Positions 20,494 through 30,076 are shown, numbered from the stretch's first letter. The stretch is DNA of 39,725 nucleotides from Candidatus Micrarchaeota archaeon (GCA_964579265.1 CAZOFO010000005.1:2390-42114), one strand, 5' to 3'. A program made the numbers and translations. The notes: generated by a model not told the origin, from the sequence alone.

Positions 20494-20672
20494 GACCCAG
20501 TTATATTTCCAATCTCATCCATTAAATCCTCAGAAGTTTCATTAAGCTCACTAACAGCCTCCTCCGAAGTAGAAGAGATATTTTGAATAAACAAAAGAGA
20601 AAAACCAATTACCGCTGCCATGACAACGAGCAATTCAGCAGAAATTTGAGCTTTATCATCCATATCTACCAT
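20490..20672 (-). CDS. Short archaeal type IV pilin-like protein (60 aa)
   Basis: MVDMDDKA|QISAELLVVMAAVIGFSLLF, with GGAGGTG 9 nt upstream of the ATG. Paralog of the next gene in the operon. Confidence 0.65.
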   Translation of the reverse strand: MVDMDDKAQISAELLVVMAAVIGFSLLFIQNISSTSEEAVSELNETSEDLMDEIGNITGS

Positions 20673-20829
20673 ACCAGTACACCTCCACTATACAAATAAT
20701 TCTTGAAAAACAATAAATAAAGCCATTTCCCAACAACTCTAAGTTAATCAGAGTTAATACAAAGGGAGAAACTAAAAAATAAAATGTTTAATGGAAAAGG
20801 TTAAAAAAGACTGAAAAACTAAAATAAAC

Positions 20830-21561
20830 ATGTCTAATTCTACCGGAAAAAAAGACACTAAAAAAGAGAAAGAAAAAGAACTGCAAGATATAGTAATGGA
20901 TATGCTCCTCAAAGGAGAAAAAAAAGAAGATATCCTAGTTACACTGCAAGAAACAGGGTTAACCGAAGAAGAATCAAAAAATGTCTATGAAAAAGTAAAG
21001 AAAGACTACGAAGAATCACTAGGAACTGAAATGGAGAAAAAAACAGAAGAACTCTTCAGAGAAAAAGAAGAAGAGATCATGGAAAGGATGGACGATAAAA
21101 TAGAAAAACTCAAAAAAGACCTTAAAACAAAAAGAAACCTAAAATCTACAGAACAAAAAGAATACATAGATAAAAAAACAAACAAACTAGAAGAAAGAGT
21201 AGACGAACTTCAAAGTCAACTTTTCACATTTAGAGCAACAATGAAAAATAAAGTAGAAAAAATATCAGAAACAATAGGCGGATCAGGACTGGATAAAAAC
21301 ATCAAGAAATCTATAGCAGTGATAATGATAATCATAGCAATAACAATGATAGCATACCCTCTAATAAACTACAACACAACAATAACTCTTCTAGAAGAAG
21401 ATATATCAAGAGGAATGATTAATCTACTATTCCACATAGCACTTATAGCCGGAGCCCTCATCCTAGGAAAATACGGAAAAGATATATACATAGCTTCACA
21501 CAAACAAAAACTAGAGGAAATAGGGCACGACTGGGTTGAAAAAAACCAAAAAAGAAGATAA
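20830..21561 (+). CDS. K/E-rich coiled-coil protein with a C-terminal two-helix membrane anchor (tail-anchored)
   Basis: About 170 aa of heptad-like K/E sequence, then SIAVIMIIIAITMIAYPLI … LLFHIALIAGALILGKY. First gene of a tightly spaced three-gene operon. Confidence 0.5.
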   Translation: MSNSTGKKDTKKEKEKELQDIVMDMLLKGEKKEDILVTLQETGLTEEESKNVYEKVKKDYEESLGTEMEKKTEELFREKEEEIMERMDDKIEKLKKDLKTKRNLKSTEQKEYIDKKTNKLEERVDELQSQLFTFRATMKNKVEKISETIGGSGLDKNIKKSIAVIMIIIAITMIAYPLINYNTTITLLEEDISRGMINLLFHIALIAGALILGKYGKDIYIASHKQKLEEIGHDWVEKNQKRR

Positions 21562-21574
21562 ATAAAGGGATAAA

Positions 21575-22258
21575 ATGAAAACACTAGAAAAACTACAACA
21601 AGAAAAAAGAGAAAAGATAGAAAGAGCAGAGAAACTAAGAGAAAAAGCCCAAAAGAAAAAAGAAAAAAGAGATAAAGAAAATAAAAAAGTTTCTGAATAC
21701 AAAGAAAAAAGAAACAAGAAAAATGAAGAAAAAAAAGATAAAAAAGAAAAATTAGAAGAAATCCAAGAAGAAATAGAAGAACTTTCAAAAAATATAGACA
21801 CAAATAAATCCTTATCAAAATACGAAGATAGATATAACAAGATATACTGGAAGTATCAAACAGAACCAACTTCAAAAGAGAACGAACTAGTGGAAAAACT
21901 GGAAGAATTGGAAGAAAAAAAGGAAAAAGCAAAAAAACTAAATAAAAAGAAGAAAGAAGCAAGAAAAATAAGGGAACAGATAAGAGAACTAGAGACGGAA
22001 GCAAACATCTACCACAAAGTGGTTACAAAACACGCTGAAAAAAGCGAGAAAAATCACAGGGAAATGATAGAACTATACCAAAAACTAGATAAACTCGAAG
22101 AAGAAATCGATGAAGTCAAGGAAAAAATAAAGAAAAGAAGAAGAACCATGAAGAAAGAAAAAACAAGGGAAAAAGCCTTGAAGGAAGAAAAAGCCGAAGA
22201 AGCTGTAAAAGAATTTAAAGAAAATGGAAAAATAACTATCAATAATCTAACAACGTGA
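21575..22258 (+). CDS. Extremely charged (K/E/R) predicted coiled-coil protein, hypothetical
   Basis: 227 aa, almost entirely KEKR heptad-like sequence. Starts 13 nt after the previous gene. Confidence 0.45.
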   Translation: MKTLEKLQQEKREKIERAEKLREKAQKKKEKRDKENKKVSEYKEKRNKKNEEKKDKKEKLEEIQEEIEELSKNIDTNKSLSKYEDRYNKIYWKYQTEPTSKENELVEKLEELEEKKEKAKKLNKKKKEARKIREQIRELETEANIYHKVVTKHAEKSEKNHREMIELYQKLDKLEEEIDEVKEKIKKRRRTMKKEKTREKALKEEKAEEAVKEFKENGKITINNLTT

Positions 22259-22262
22259 TAAA

Positions 22263-22643
22263 ATGACTAGGAAATCAACTAAAGAGGAAATAGCTTACAA
22301 ATTAGTTAAGCTATATGTAGGAGAAATTTCAAGAGGCGGAGAAAAAAGACAGATGGGTCTAGACACAATAATAAATGCATATTTCTACACATTAACTAGA
22401 TTAGAGAGGAAAAAAGAAGAATTAGGGTTATTCGAAACTGCTGTAAAAAAAGAAGAAGAAGCAGCAGAGGAACTTGGAATACCAATTGGAGATGAGGAAA
22501 TGCCCTTTGAAAGAGAACTTAAAAAAGCGGCAGAAGAAGCGAAAAAAGAACTAGAAGAAAGAAAAAAAGCTAAAGAAGAAACAGAGGAGAAAGAAGAAAA
22601 AGAAGAGAAAAAACAGGGTAAAAAACCTCCGATAAGTTCTTAA
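22263..22643 (+). CDS. Small α-helical protein with a K/E-rich tail, hypothetical
   Basis: 126 aa. The conserved-looking N-terminal 60 aa is EIAYKLVKLYVGEISRGGEKRQMGLDTIINAYFYTLTRLERK. Starts 4 nt after the previous gene. Confidence 0.45.
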   Translation: MTRKSTKEEIAYKLVKLYVGEISRGGEKRQMGLDTIINAYFYTLTRLERKKEELGLFETAVKKEEEAAEELGIPIGDEEMPFERELKKAAEEAKKELEERKKAKEETEEKEEKEEKKQGKKPPISS

Positions 22644-22674
22644 AATAAAAAAATATAGAAAAATAATTTTTTGA

Positions 22675-23817
22675 TCAGGTTAGAATTTCAATTACATCTC
22701 CATGCTCCAGTTCAGAATCTTTTCCTAGTTTTTCTCCTGTTTTAACATCGATAGCGCCTTTAAATGATTCTCCAATATCAGAATGAATCTCATAAGCTAA
22801 GTCGAGAGCACTAGATCCTTTTTTAATTAGATATGCATCTGGTAGAACTCTACCTTCACTATCTGTATACTTAGATTTTGATTCTACAGGATAAACCACG
22901 ATATAATCAAGTTCGTCCAAAACGAGTTTATTCAAGACTCTTTGAATTCCTGTTGAACCGTATCTATCCAGTACTTTTTTTTCAATAAAATCAAGAGCTT
23001 CTCTTTTCTCCTTGTCTAATTCTCTCTTAACCTCAAAGGAATCTTCACCAGGGGTATAATCTATAGAGCCATTTTTATCTGCCTTACGGAGAGCTAGTTC
23101 ACCCTCGGCAAAAACAGGGAAGATATTATAGCTTTCTTTGAGTTTACTGTAGTTATCCCGAGCTTCAGTTAAATCTACTTTATTCCCTGCTAAAACAATG
23201 GGCTTACTTTCTTCCCTTATATTCTTACTAAGCTCTAGTAAATCCTCAAATCCTTTATCTATAGCCTTCTTCACTTCTTTTTCCTTAATCCCAAGACCGG
23301 TTAACTTATTGTGAATGCATTCATAGAGTTCTAAATCTTCCTTTTCAACTTCTTTTTTCCATTCGTCCCATTCCTCCTCCAGTAACCCCTTTATCCATTG
23401 GTGTATCTCCTCGTAGAGAAAATCAATATCGTTCTCAGGATCATAACCTGAAGTTGGGTTTCCCTCTTCATCTGTTCTTCCAGAGAGATCCAAAACATGT
23501 ATCAGGCCCTCAGCCTCCATCAGATCACTTAAGAATTTATTACCGAGTCCTCTACCTTCATGAGCACCAGGAACCAATCCTGCAACATCTATCAGTTCCA
23601 CAGGAACCAATCTAGTGCCTCCTCTACATTTTGAATTAACAGGATCACATGAAACATCTAAATCAACACATGGGCATTCCACGCTAACGTAAGTAATCCC
23701 TTTATTGGCTTCGATAGTTGTAAAAATCCTATTGCTAATCTCCGCATCGACTAAAGAAGCGGCTTTGAAAAAAGTCGATTTCCCTGTGTTTGTCTTACCA
23801 ACTAATCCAATCTTCAT
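22675..23817 (-). CDS. OBG-family GTPase (YchF/OLA1- or Ygr210-like) with a C-terminal TGS-like domain and an inserted Cys4 element
   Basis: G1 GLVGKTNTGKST, a TT…G G2-like motif (FTTIEAN), G3 DVAG, NKVD, and a C-terminal HGDVIEILT. Unusual C-P-C…C…C cluster between G1 and G3. Confidence 0.75.
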   Translation of the reverse strand: MKIGLVGKTNTGKSTFFKAASLVDAEISNRIFTTIEANKGITYVSVECPCVDLDVSCDPVNSKCRGGTRLVPVELIDVAGLVPGAHEGRGLGNKFLSDLMEAEGLIHVLDLSGRTDEEGNPTSGYDPENDIDFLYEEIHQWIKGLLEEEWDEWKKEVEKEDLELYECIHNKLTGLGIKEKEVKKAIDKGFEDLLELSKNIREESKPIVLAGNKVDLTEARDNYSKLKESYNIFPVFAEGELALRKADKNGSIDYTPGEDSFEVKRELDKEKREALDFIEKKVLDRYGSTGIQRVLNKLVLDELDYIVVYPVESKSKYTDSEGRVLPDAYLIKKGSSALDLAYEIHSDIGESFKGAIDVKTGEKLGKDSELEHGDVIEILT

Positions 23818-23878
23818 TAAATTCCCCTTTCATAAATTACCTAAATTATTTACTCTTTCGAACATATAAAAAAACAAC

Positions 23879-25312
23879 GTGAAAAAACAAAAAAGTGTAA
23901 CTATGTCCAAGACAAAAAAAACCTGGGCCGATCAATTTACTCCAAAATCACTTAAAGAAGTTATAGGTCATCCTACAACAGTTAAAAAGCTTAGAGAATG
24001 GGCCCAAGATTGGAAAGAAGGAAAAAAAGATAAAGAACCACTACTTCTACATGGCCCACCAGGATCTGGAAAGACAGCTACTGTAGAGGCAATAGCTTCG
24101 GAATACGGATGGAATATACTGGAAATGAATGCTAGTGACACTAGAAACAAAGAAAATATACGTAGGATGATGGGGGAAGCTTCTCAAACCAAGACGTTGA
24201 CGGGGAAAAAAAGATTACTTCTTATAGACGAAGTGGACGGACTGTATCGACAGGATCACGGGGGAACCAGAGAGATAAACAAGATAATAAAAGAAACAAA
24301 TTTCCCTGTAATACTTACAGCTAACGACGCGTACAATCAAAAAATAAAATCAATAAGAGGAAACTGCAAGATGATCAAAGTAAAGAAGGTACATCCTTCG
24401 ACAATAGCCAAGCTACTGCATAGAATAGTCAAAGAAAAAGATGTAGAAGCGGATAAAGAAACACTGAAAGAAATAGCTAAAAAATCAGATGGTGATGTAA
24501 GAGGAGCAATAAATGATTTACAGGCCTTAGTCCAGGGAGAAAAACGATTAAAAGATGAAAAGATCTCAATAATAGGAGAAAGGAACAAAAAAATACAGAT
24601 ATTCAAAGCAATGGAAAAAATACTTCAAAAAAGAAGCTTTGATGAATCGAACCAAGCCTTAAAGGACCTGGATGAAAATCCGGATTTTATCCTGAAATGG
24701 ATCGAAGAAAATATCCCAAGAGAATATGAAAAACCCAAAGATCTTGAAAAAGGATTTGAAAAACTATCAAAAGCAGATATATACCTAGGGAGAGTTAGAA
24801 AAAGACAAAAATACGGGTTATGGAGATATGCAAACGTACAAATGGGACCAGGAGTATCTCTAGCTAAAGAAGAAGAATACGGAGGGTACACCAGATACAA
24901 GTTCCCATCAATGATTCAAAAACTAGGTTCTAGCAAGTCCAAAAGAAGCACTAGAGAATCCGTAGCCAAAAAAATAGGAGAAAAATGCCATGTATCGATA
25001 AAAACAGCAATAAAAGATTATATACCTATGTTGGAACAGATGATGAATGATAAAGAAAAAAGAATAAATCTAACTGCAGAATTTAACTTCACAGAAGACG
25101 AATTAAAACTTCTAGGAGTAAGCCAGAGAAAAAGAACAATAAAGAAAGCGGAAAAGATACGTGGAAAAGAAATAAGGAAAAACAAGGACAAAAAAAGTAA
25201 CCAAAACAAAATTAAAAACCTTAAAAATAAAAACGAAGAAAAAGAAGAAGAGAATAAAGACAAAGAAGAAAAAAACAATGAGAAAAATCAAAAAAACCTG
25301 GCTCAGTTCTAA
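23879..25312 (+). CDS. rfcL: Replication factor C large subunit
   Basis: WADQFTPKSLKEVIGHPT…LLLHGPPGSGKTA, LLIDEVDG, and a long K/E/N-rich C-terminal tail typical of archaeal RfcL. Confidence 0.85.
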   Translation: MKKQKSVTMSKTKKTWADQFTPKSLKEVIGHPTTVKKLREWAQDWKEGKKDKEPLLLHGPPGSGKTATVEAIASEYGWNILEMNASDTRNKENIRRMMGEASQTKTLTGKKRLLLIDEVDGLYRQDHGGTREINKIIKETNFPVILTANDAYNQKIKSIRGNCKMIKVKKVHPSTIAKLLHRIVKEKDVEADKETLKEIAKKSDGDVRGAINDLQALVQGEKRLKDEKISIIGERNKKIQIFKAMEKILQKRSFDESNQALKDLDENPDFILKWIEENIPREYEKPKDLEKGFEKLSKADIYLGRVRKRQKYGLWRYANVQMGPGVSLAKEEEYGGYTRYKFPSMIQKLGSSKSKRSTRESVAKKIGEKCHVSIKTAIKDYIPMLEQMMNDKEKRINLTAEFNFTEDELKLLGVSQRKRTIKKAEKIRGKEIRKNKDKKSNQNKIKNLKNKNEEKEEENKDKEEKNNEKNQKNLAQF

Positions 25313-25320
25313 AAAAATGA

Positions 25321-25713
25321 ATGATTAAAATGGCTAAAATACTGGATGCTAGCGCTATAATAAATACCAATTACCTTCAGTCAAAAGAGAAAATGTATAC
25401 AACACCATCAGTTATACAGGAACTAAAAAATACAGCATCCCGGTCTCTAGCGCAATCAGCCATGGATCAAGAAAGACTTGAAGTCATCAGACCAAGTAAA
25501 GAAAACGTGGAAAAAATAAAGAAAAAAGCAGAAAAAATAGGAAGTGAAAAAAACCTCAGCAATACCGATATAAAAGTACTTTCACTGGCCTTACAGGAAA
25601 AAGGAAAATTAATAACAGATGATTATACCATGCAGAATCTTGCAGCACACCTTGGAATACAGTACGAAGGAGTTACAAGGGGAGAAATAAAGAAGAAGAA
25701 AAAATTTAAATAA
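25321..25713 (+). CDS. PIN-domain protein (Nob1-like or other PIN nuclease), hypothetical
   Basis: ILDASAII…YTTPSVIQELK fits the PIN N-terminal acidic motif. No zinc ribbon; 130 aa. Confidence 0.45.
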   Translation: MIKMAKILDASAIINTNYLQSKEKMYTTPSVIQELKNTASRSLAQSAMDQERLEVIRPSKENVEKIKKKAEKIGSEKNLSNTDIKVLSLALQEKGKLITDDYTMQNLAAHLGIQYEGVTRGEIKKKKKFK

Positions 25714-25727
25714 AGAATTAAACTAAT

Positions 25728-26567
25728 CTATAACTTCTCTTTAGGTTTCTCTGCTTCTTCTTCAACAGCTAATCCTTCTGAAAACAGTAACTTTATCTCC
25801 TTCCTGTAAATAAACGAAAGAACGATTAATATACCTAGCACTAAACCGTATATAGGGTTCTCTATGAAAGTGTCTCTGAAAGCTATCCACATACCTAAAG
25901 GGCTCCAACCAGTTATTGGTTCCACTATACTGTACCCCATATTTATATTCCAAGTTCCAGTGCTCCACTGATACTCATTACCTTCCCATTTCTGCCATAC
26001 ATCTCTAGGAGGGTTTATCTGATCTTCCTCCCAATCTTCAGGTAGACTTATCCTTAACATTGTATTATCAGGAATTCTAACTATTTCAGAGTCTTCGTCA
26101 TAGAATTTTAATTTTGACTGGTCTAGAGTATAATGATTTATTCTTCCTTCTTCTCTTTCCAACTTTATTAGGTTTCTAGACTCATAATTAAGAACTACTT
26201 CATCTTCTCTATATGTATCCGATGTAGATATTTTAAGATCATGGATTTCCCCTGAAACAGAAGGTTCTATGGTGATATCATCGCTTAATTCATCCCATTT
26301 CTCAAAATCGTCTCCTCCTTCTGTTCTTAATTTTTCAAATAATTCTGCTTCTGTTATTTCTCTATTCTCAACTATCTCGGTGCCGCTTATCCTAAAACTA
26401 AAGGTTTCCTTTACCTCTGCCACGTTCTCTTCATTTATTTCTATTCTGACTTCGTGTCTTCTGAATTCTGCAGCTGTTCCTATTGATAAGGAGAGTGAAA
26501 GAATCAAAATAGCTGTGATTAATTTAATCTTCATAGGAACCCTCTTTAGTTTATATTCATGCAACAT
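25728..26567 (-). CDS. Secreted protein with an N-terminal signal peptide and a C-terminal TM anchor, hypothetical
   Basis: N-terminus MKIKLITAILILSLSLSIGTAAE and C-terminus GLVLGILIVLSFIY. Acidic ectodomain. Confidence 0.5.
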   Translation of the reverse strand: MLHEYKLKRVPMKIKLITAILILSLSLSIGTAAEFRRHEVRIEINEENVAEVKETFSFRISGTEIVENREITEAELFEKLRTEGGDDFEKWDELSDDITIEPSVSGEIHDLKISTSDTYREDEVVLNYESRNLIKLEREEGRINHYTLDQSKLKFYDEDSEIVRIPDNTMLRISLPEDWEEDQINPPRDVWQKWEGNEYQWSTGTWNINMGYSIVEPITGWSPLGMWIAFRDTFIENPIYGLVLGILIVLSFIYRKEIKLLFSEGLAVEEEAEKPKEKL

Positions 26568-26628
26568 TATTTAAACCATTTATTATATAAATCAGTTTCT
26601 GGTAAATTAAACCAGGGGTGCATATAAA

Positions 26629-26874
26629 ATGACAGAGAAGATAGGTGAGGTAACTCATTACTTCACTGATCTTGGAGTAGGTATAATAAAGCTTGAAGGA
26701 GAACTTGAAGTAGGTGATCATATAGAAGTAAAAGGAGCTACTACTGATTTCGAGCAAGAAGTGGATTCTATGGAGATAGATAGGGAAAAAGTCGAAAAAG
26801 CAGAAGCCGGTGAAAGCGTAGGGATGCAAGTGAAAGAAAGAGTAAGAGAAGGAGACGAAGTCTATAAGAAATAA
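26629..26874 (+). CDS. Small β-barrel protein resembling EF-Tu/IF2 domain II
   Basis: KIGEVTHYFTDLGVGIIKLEGELEVGDHIEV…GESVGMQV is a pattern of translation-factor domain-2-like barrels. The family call is from memory. Confidence 0.45.
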   Translation: MTEKIGEVTHYFTDLGVGIIKLEGELEVGDHIEVKGATTDFEQEVDSMEIDREKVEKAEAGESVGMQVKERVREGDEVYKK

Positions 26875-26936
26875 AAATCAATTTTAGGTTATATAAGAGA
26901 ATTAGATCTTCAAGCAAGATACACGTCTATTTAAAT

Positions 26937-26977
26937 CCTCCTAGTCTATCCAGGAGGCAAACCTTTTCTTTTATTCT
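26937..26977 (+). terminator. Hairpin (CCTCCT-9 nt-AGGAGG) followed by a T-rich tract between convergent genes
   Basis: Perfect 6-bp inverted repeat at 26937-26942 and 26952-26957, then CAAACCTTTTCTTTTATTCT. Archaeal termination favours oligo-T tracts. Confidence 0.3.
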
Positions 26978-26996
26978 ACAGAGATTTTTATCTTCT

Positions 26997-27917
26997 TTAG
27001 TCTATCTCTATCTCCATCAGGTCTTTTGCTGCATACGATTTTTTAAATATTTCTCTAGCTTCTTTTTCTAATAATTCTTCGTCTTCGTATCTATTGGAGA
27101 AATGAGTTAGGATTAATCTATCTACTTCTGCTTTTTTCGCTATTTCAGCCATTTTTTTCGCTTCTCCGTGTCTATATTCCTCTGCTTTTTCACTATGTTC
27201 TTCACCAAATGTTGAATCAACTATCAATACATCTGCTTCTTCAGCCACACTTTCCAAAGATTCGAAGACACGGGTATCTCCTGTGTAGACTGCTTTCATT
27301 TCTTTTTCTTCGGGTTTTTTTACTTCTTCTAGCTTTATTTCTTTTCCTTTATGCTTTATTTGCCCTTCTTCTTTGAGTTCCTTGCATTTAGGATGGTTCA
27401 ACAGCCCTAATTTCTCTAATTTTTCTTTATCTAGATTTATTTCTGGTTTTTCCTCAAATATGTATCCGTATGTCGGGCAAGAGTGATCTACTGGAAAAGC
27501 TTTAATCCTATAATCTTCTTCTTCTTTTACCGTTCCTTCTTCTACTTCTTTAGTTTTTATATTGAAATTTAGATTGAAGTAATCCCAATTTTTGAAGAAA
27601 TCAACGTATTTCCTGATTTTTTTAGGTCCAAATACTTCTAATTCTTTTTTCCTACCTTGGAACTGTAGGCTCTGTATTATTCCGGCTAACCCTACCAGAT
27701 GATCTGCGTGTAGATGGGTTATGTAGATTGAATCTATCTTAAAGGGAGATATATTTGTTTTCATTATCTGTTTCTGAGTTCCTTCTCCACAGTCCCATAA
27801 GATGGATTTTTCTTTGTATCTGAGGTGGATTGAGGGTTGGTTTCTTTTCTTTGTGGGTAGAGAACCGCTAGTACCTAGGAAGGTGATTTTCATATTAACC
27901 AGTTCCTTGTTTTCCAA
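26997..27917 (-). CDS. rnz: Ribonuclease Z (tRNA 3' endonuclease, metallo-β-lactamase fold)
   Basis: ITFLGTSGSLP…, HxHxDH motif (ITHLHADHLVGL), a K/E insertion and a C-terminal …DRLILTHFSNRY. Confidence 0.8.
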   Translation of the reverse strand: MENKELVNMKITFLGTSGSLPTKKRNQPSIHLRYKEKSILWDCGEGTQKQIMKTNISPFKIDSIYITHLHADHLVGLAGIIQSLQFQGRKKELEVFGPKKIRKYVDFFKNWDYFNLNFNIKTKEVEEGTVKEEEDYRIKAFPVDHSCPTYGYIFEEKPEINLDKEKLEKLGLLNHPKCKELKEEGQIKHKGKEIKLEEVKKPEEKEMKAVYTGDTRVFESLESVAEEADVLIVDSTFGEEHSEKAEEYRHGEAKKMAEIAKKAEVDRLILTHFSNRYEDEELLEKEAREIFKKSYAAKDLMEIEID

Positions 27918-28042
27918 TTTGTTTTATACTATTTTTTGGTATTTCTCTTGATTTAACTTTTTCCATATTTTTTTCAACATAATCTTTTTAACCCTCGTGA
28001 CTACAATACTTACAGGCATGTTTTACTGTTAATAGGATATAG

Positions 28043-28049
28043 TTTAAAA
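28043..28049 (+). promoter_or_regulatory. Candidate TATA box (TTTAAAA) about 35 nt upstream of the lonB ATG
   Basis: AT box in a relatively GC-containing spacer (…AGTTTAAAAGATAGCGGGTAAAATTTGGACGGG…ATG). Confidence 0.25.
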
Positions 28050-28081
28050 GATAGCGGGTAAAATTTGGACGGGTAATCTCT

Positions 28082-30043
28082 ATGACTGATTCAGATGAAG
28101 AAGAATATGAACCTAAATACAAGGATATAGAAACCACGGAAGAAGTGGAAGTACCTGAAAATCTTATAGATCAAGTTATAGGTCAAGATGAAGGAGTAGA
28201 AGTTATAAAAAAAGCTGCAAAGCAAGGTAGAAATGTTCTACTTATAGGTAAGCCAGGTACAGGTAAATCTATGCTTGCTAAATCTATGAGTGAACTTCTT
28301 CCAACTGAAGAGCTTCAAGATATTCTTGTATATCCCAATCAACAGGATCCGAATGAACCCAAAGTTGATACTGTTCAAAGTGGAAAAGGAGAAAAAATAG
28401 TTAATCAGAAGAAGAAACTTGTCACTGATCAAAATCAAATGCCTGCAAAGGTCGGAATGAGCCCTATCTTAATAATGGGTCTCATATATGCTCTTGGAAT
28501 AGGTGCAGCGATTTATTTCAATATATTCAGCGATATTATACTTGCAGCAGTCATGATAGTCGGTGGAATGTTACTGGCTATGTTGGCTTTTGGAATAGCA
28601 GTAACTTCAGGATTACAAGGCATGCAGATGCCTGGTAAAGGTCAACAAGCAAAGAAAAATTCACCAAAACTACTTGTAGATAACTCAGATAAAGATAAAG
28701 CTCCTTTCGTAGATGCAACAGGCGCTAGAGCAGGAGCACTTCTTGGAGATGTAAAACACGATCCTTTCCAGAGCGGAGGATTAGGAACTCCACCCCACCA
28801 AAGAGTAATGGCTGGTATGATACATAAGGCTAACAAAGGAGTACTATACGTGGACGAAGTAGCTTCACTATCTCCTAAATCACAGCAAGAACTACTAGTG
28901 GCGATGCAAGAAAACAAATACTCAATAACAGGACAGAGTGAAATGAGTTCAGGAGCAATGGTGAGAACCGGTCCAGTACCCTGTGATTTCCTTCTAATAG
29001 CTAGTGGAAACATGGAAGATATGAAGAAAATGCATCCAGCGATAAGATCAAGGATAAGAGGATACGGTTACGAAGTGTACATGAACAAATACATGGAGGA
29101 TAACCCGGAAAACAGAGACAAACTAAGAAAATTCATAGCTCAAGAAGTGGAAAAAGACGGAGGAATACCTCATTTCAAAAAAGAAGCTGTGGAAAAAATA
29201 ATATTCGAAGCAAGAAGAAGAGCCAGTAGAAAAGATAAACTAACACTGAAACTTAGAGATCTAGGAGGGCTAGTAAGAGCTGCAGGAGATGTTGCAAAGG
29301 AAGAAAACTCCGACTATGTAGAAAGCGAACATATAGAAGAAGCCAAAGAAGTATCAAAATCTCTTGAAAAACAGATATCTGGAAAAGAAATAGAAAGAAA
29401 AAAACAATACCAGGTGTTTAAGACAGAAGGACAGGAAAACGGTAAGGTAAATGGACTAGCTGTATTCTCCGGAGGAAGAGAAAATGAAGAAATATTCGGA
29501 GGAATAATGCTACCTATAGAGGCTAAGATATCTCCAGCACAAAGCAAAAGAGAAGGAGAAACCATAGCCACAGGAAAACTAGGAGAAATAGCAGAAGAAG
29601 CAGTAGAAAACGTATCCGCAATAGTGAAGAAATACAAAGGAACAGATATAAGCAACTTCGACATACATATACAATTCCTACAAACATACGAAGGAGTAGA
29701 AGGAGACTCCGCATCAATATCTGTAGCCACCGCAGTAATAAGTGCACTAGAAGACGTACCGGTACACCAAGAGATAGCTATGACAGGTTCACTATCAGTA
29801 AAAGGAGAAGTACTCCCTGTAGGAGGAGTAAGTGAAAAAATAGAAGCAGCAATAGAATCAGGAGCAAGTAAAGTGATAATACCCAAATCAAACATGAACG
29901 ATGTTGTCCTGGAAGAAGACAAAGAAGAAAAGATAGAGATAATACCAGCAGAAGATTTCTCTGATGTTCTAAAAGAATCACTAGCAGATACAGAGAAGAA
30001 AGAAAACCTAATAAAAGAAATAAAAGAAATAATAAAATCCTAG
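28082..30043 (+). CDS. lonB: Archaeal membrane-bound Lon protease (LonB)
   Basis: Walker [10 protein letters not shown], two TM helices inserted in the AAA domain, and a C-terminal protease domain with catalytic-Ser context [16 protein letters not shown]. Confidence 0.9.
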   Translation: MTDSDEEEYEPKYKDIETTEEVEVPENLIDQVIGQDEGVEVIKKAAKQGRNVLLIGKPGTGKSMLAKSMSELLPTEELQDILVYPNQQDPNEPKVDTVQSGKGEKIVNQKKKLVTDQNQMPAKVGMSPILIMGLIYALGIGAAIYFNIFSDIILAAVMIVGGMLLAMLAFGIAVTSGLQGMQMPGKGQQAKKNSPKLLVDNSDKDKAPFVDATGARAGALLGDVKHDPFQSGGLGTPPHQRVMAGMIHKANKGVLYVDEVASLSPKSQQELLVAMQENKYSITGQSEMSSGAMVRTGPVPCDFLLIASGNMEDMKKMHPAIRSRIRGYGYEVYMNKYMEDNPENRDKLRKFIAQEVEKDGGIPHFKKEAVEKIIFEARRRASRKDKLTLKLRDLGGLVRAAGDVAKEENSDYVESEHIEEAKEVSKSLEKQISGKEIERKKQYQVFKTEGQENGKVNGLAVFSGGRENEEIFGGIMLPIEAKISPAQSKREGETIATGKLGEIAEEAVENVSAIVKKYKGTDISNFDIHIQFLQTYEGVEGDSASISVATAVISALEDVPVHQEIAMTGSLSVKGEVLPVGGVSEKIEAAIESGASKVIIPKSNMNDVVLEEDKEEKIEIIPAEDFSDVLKESLADTEKKENLIKEIKEIIKS

Positions 30044-30076
30044 TCTAGTAGAGATATTTTAAAGATTCAATGAGTT

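Noticed and set aside
18741-20672. Considered whether the class-III-signal genes encode archaellins (flagellins)
   Set aside because: The products are 60-180 aa, well short of typical archaellin length. No archaellum (fla or arl) accessory genes such as flaH, flaI or flaJ are nearby. Pilin-like, not archaellin, is the better fit.
21369-22004. 211-aa and 109-aa minus-strand ORFs with poly-F/L/S products opposite the K/E coiled-coil genes
   Set aside because: These are antisense artefacts of AAG/GAA-rich coding. They have no start context or motif.
28082-30043. Considered whether the Lon-like gene could be a defence-island protease (e.g. a BREX/Lon-type accessory)
   Set aside because: It has the canonical archaeal LonB layout (AAA with TM hairpin plus Ser-Lys protease domain) and housekeeping neighbours. 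There is no methyltransferase or PglZ-like partner.
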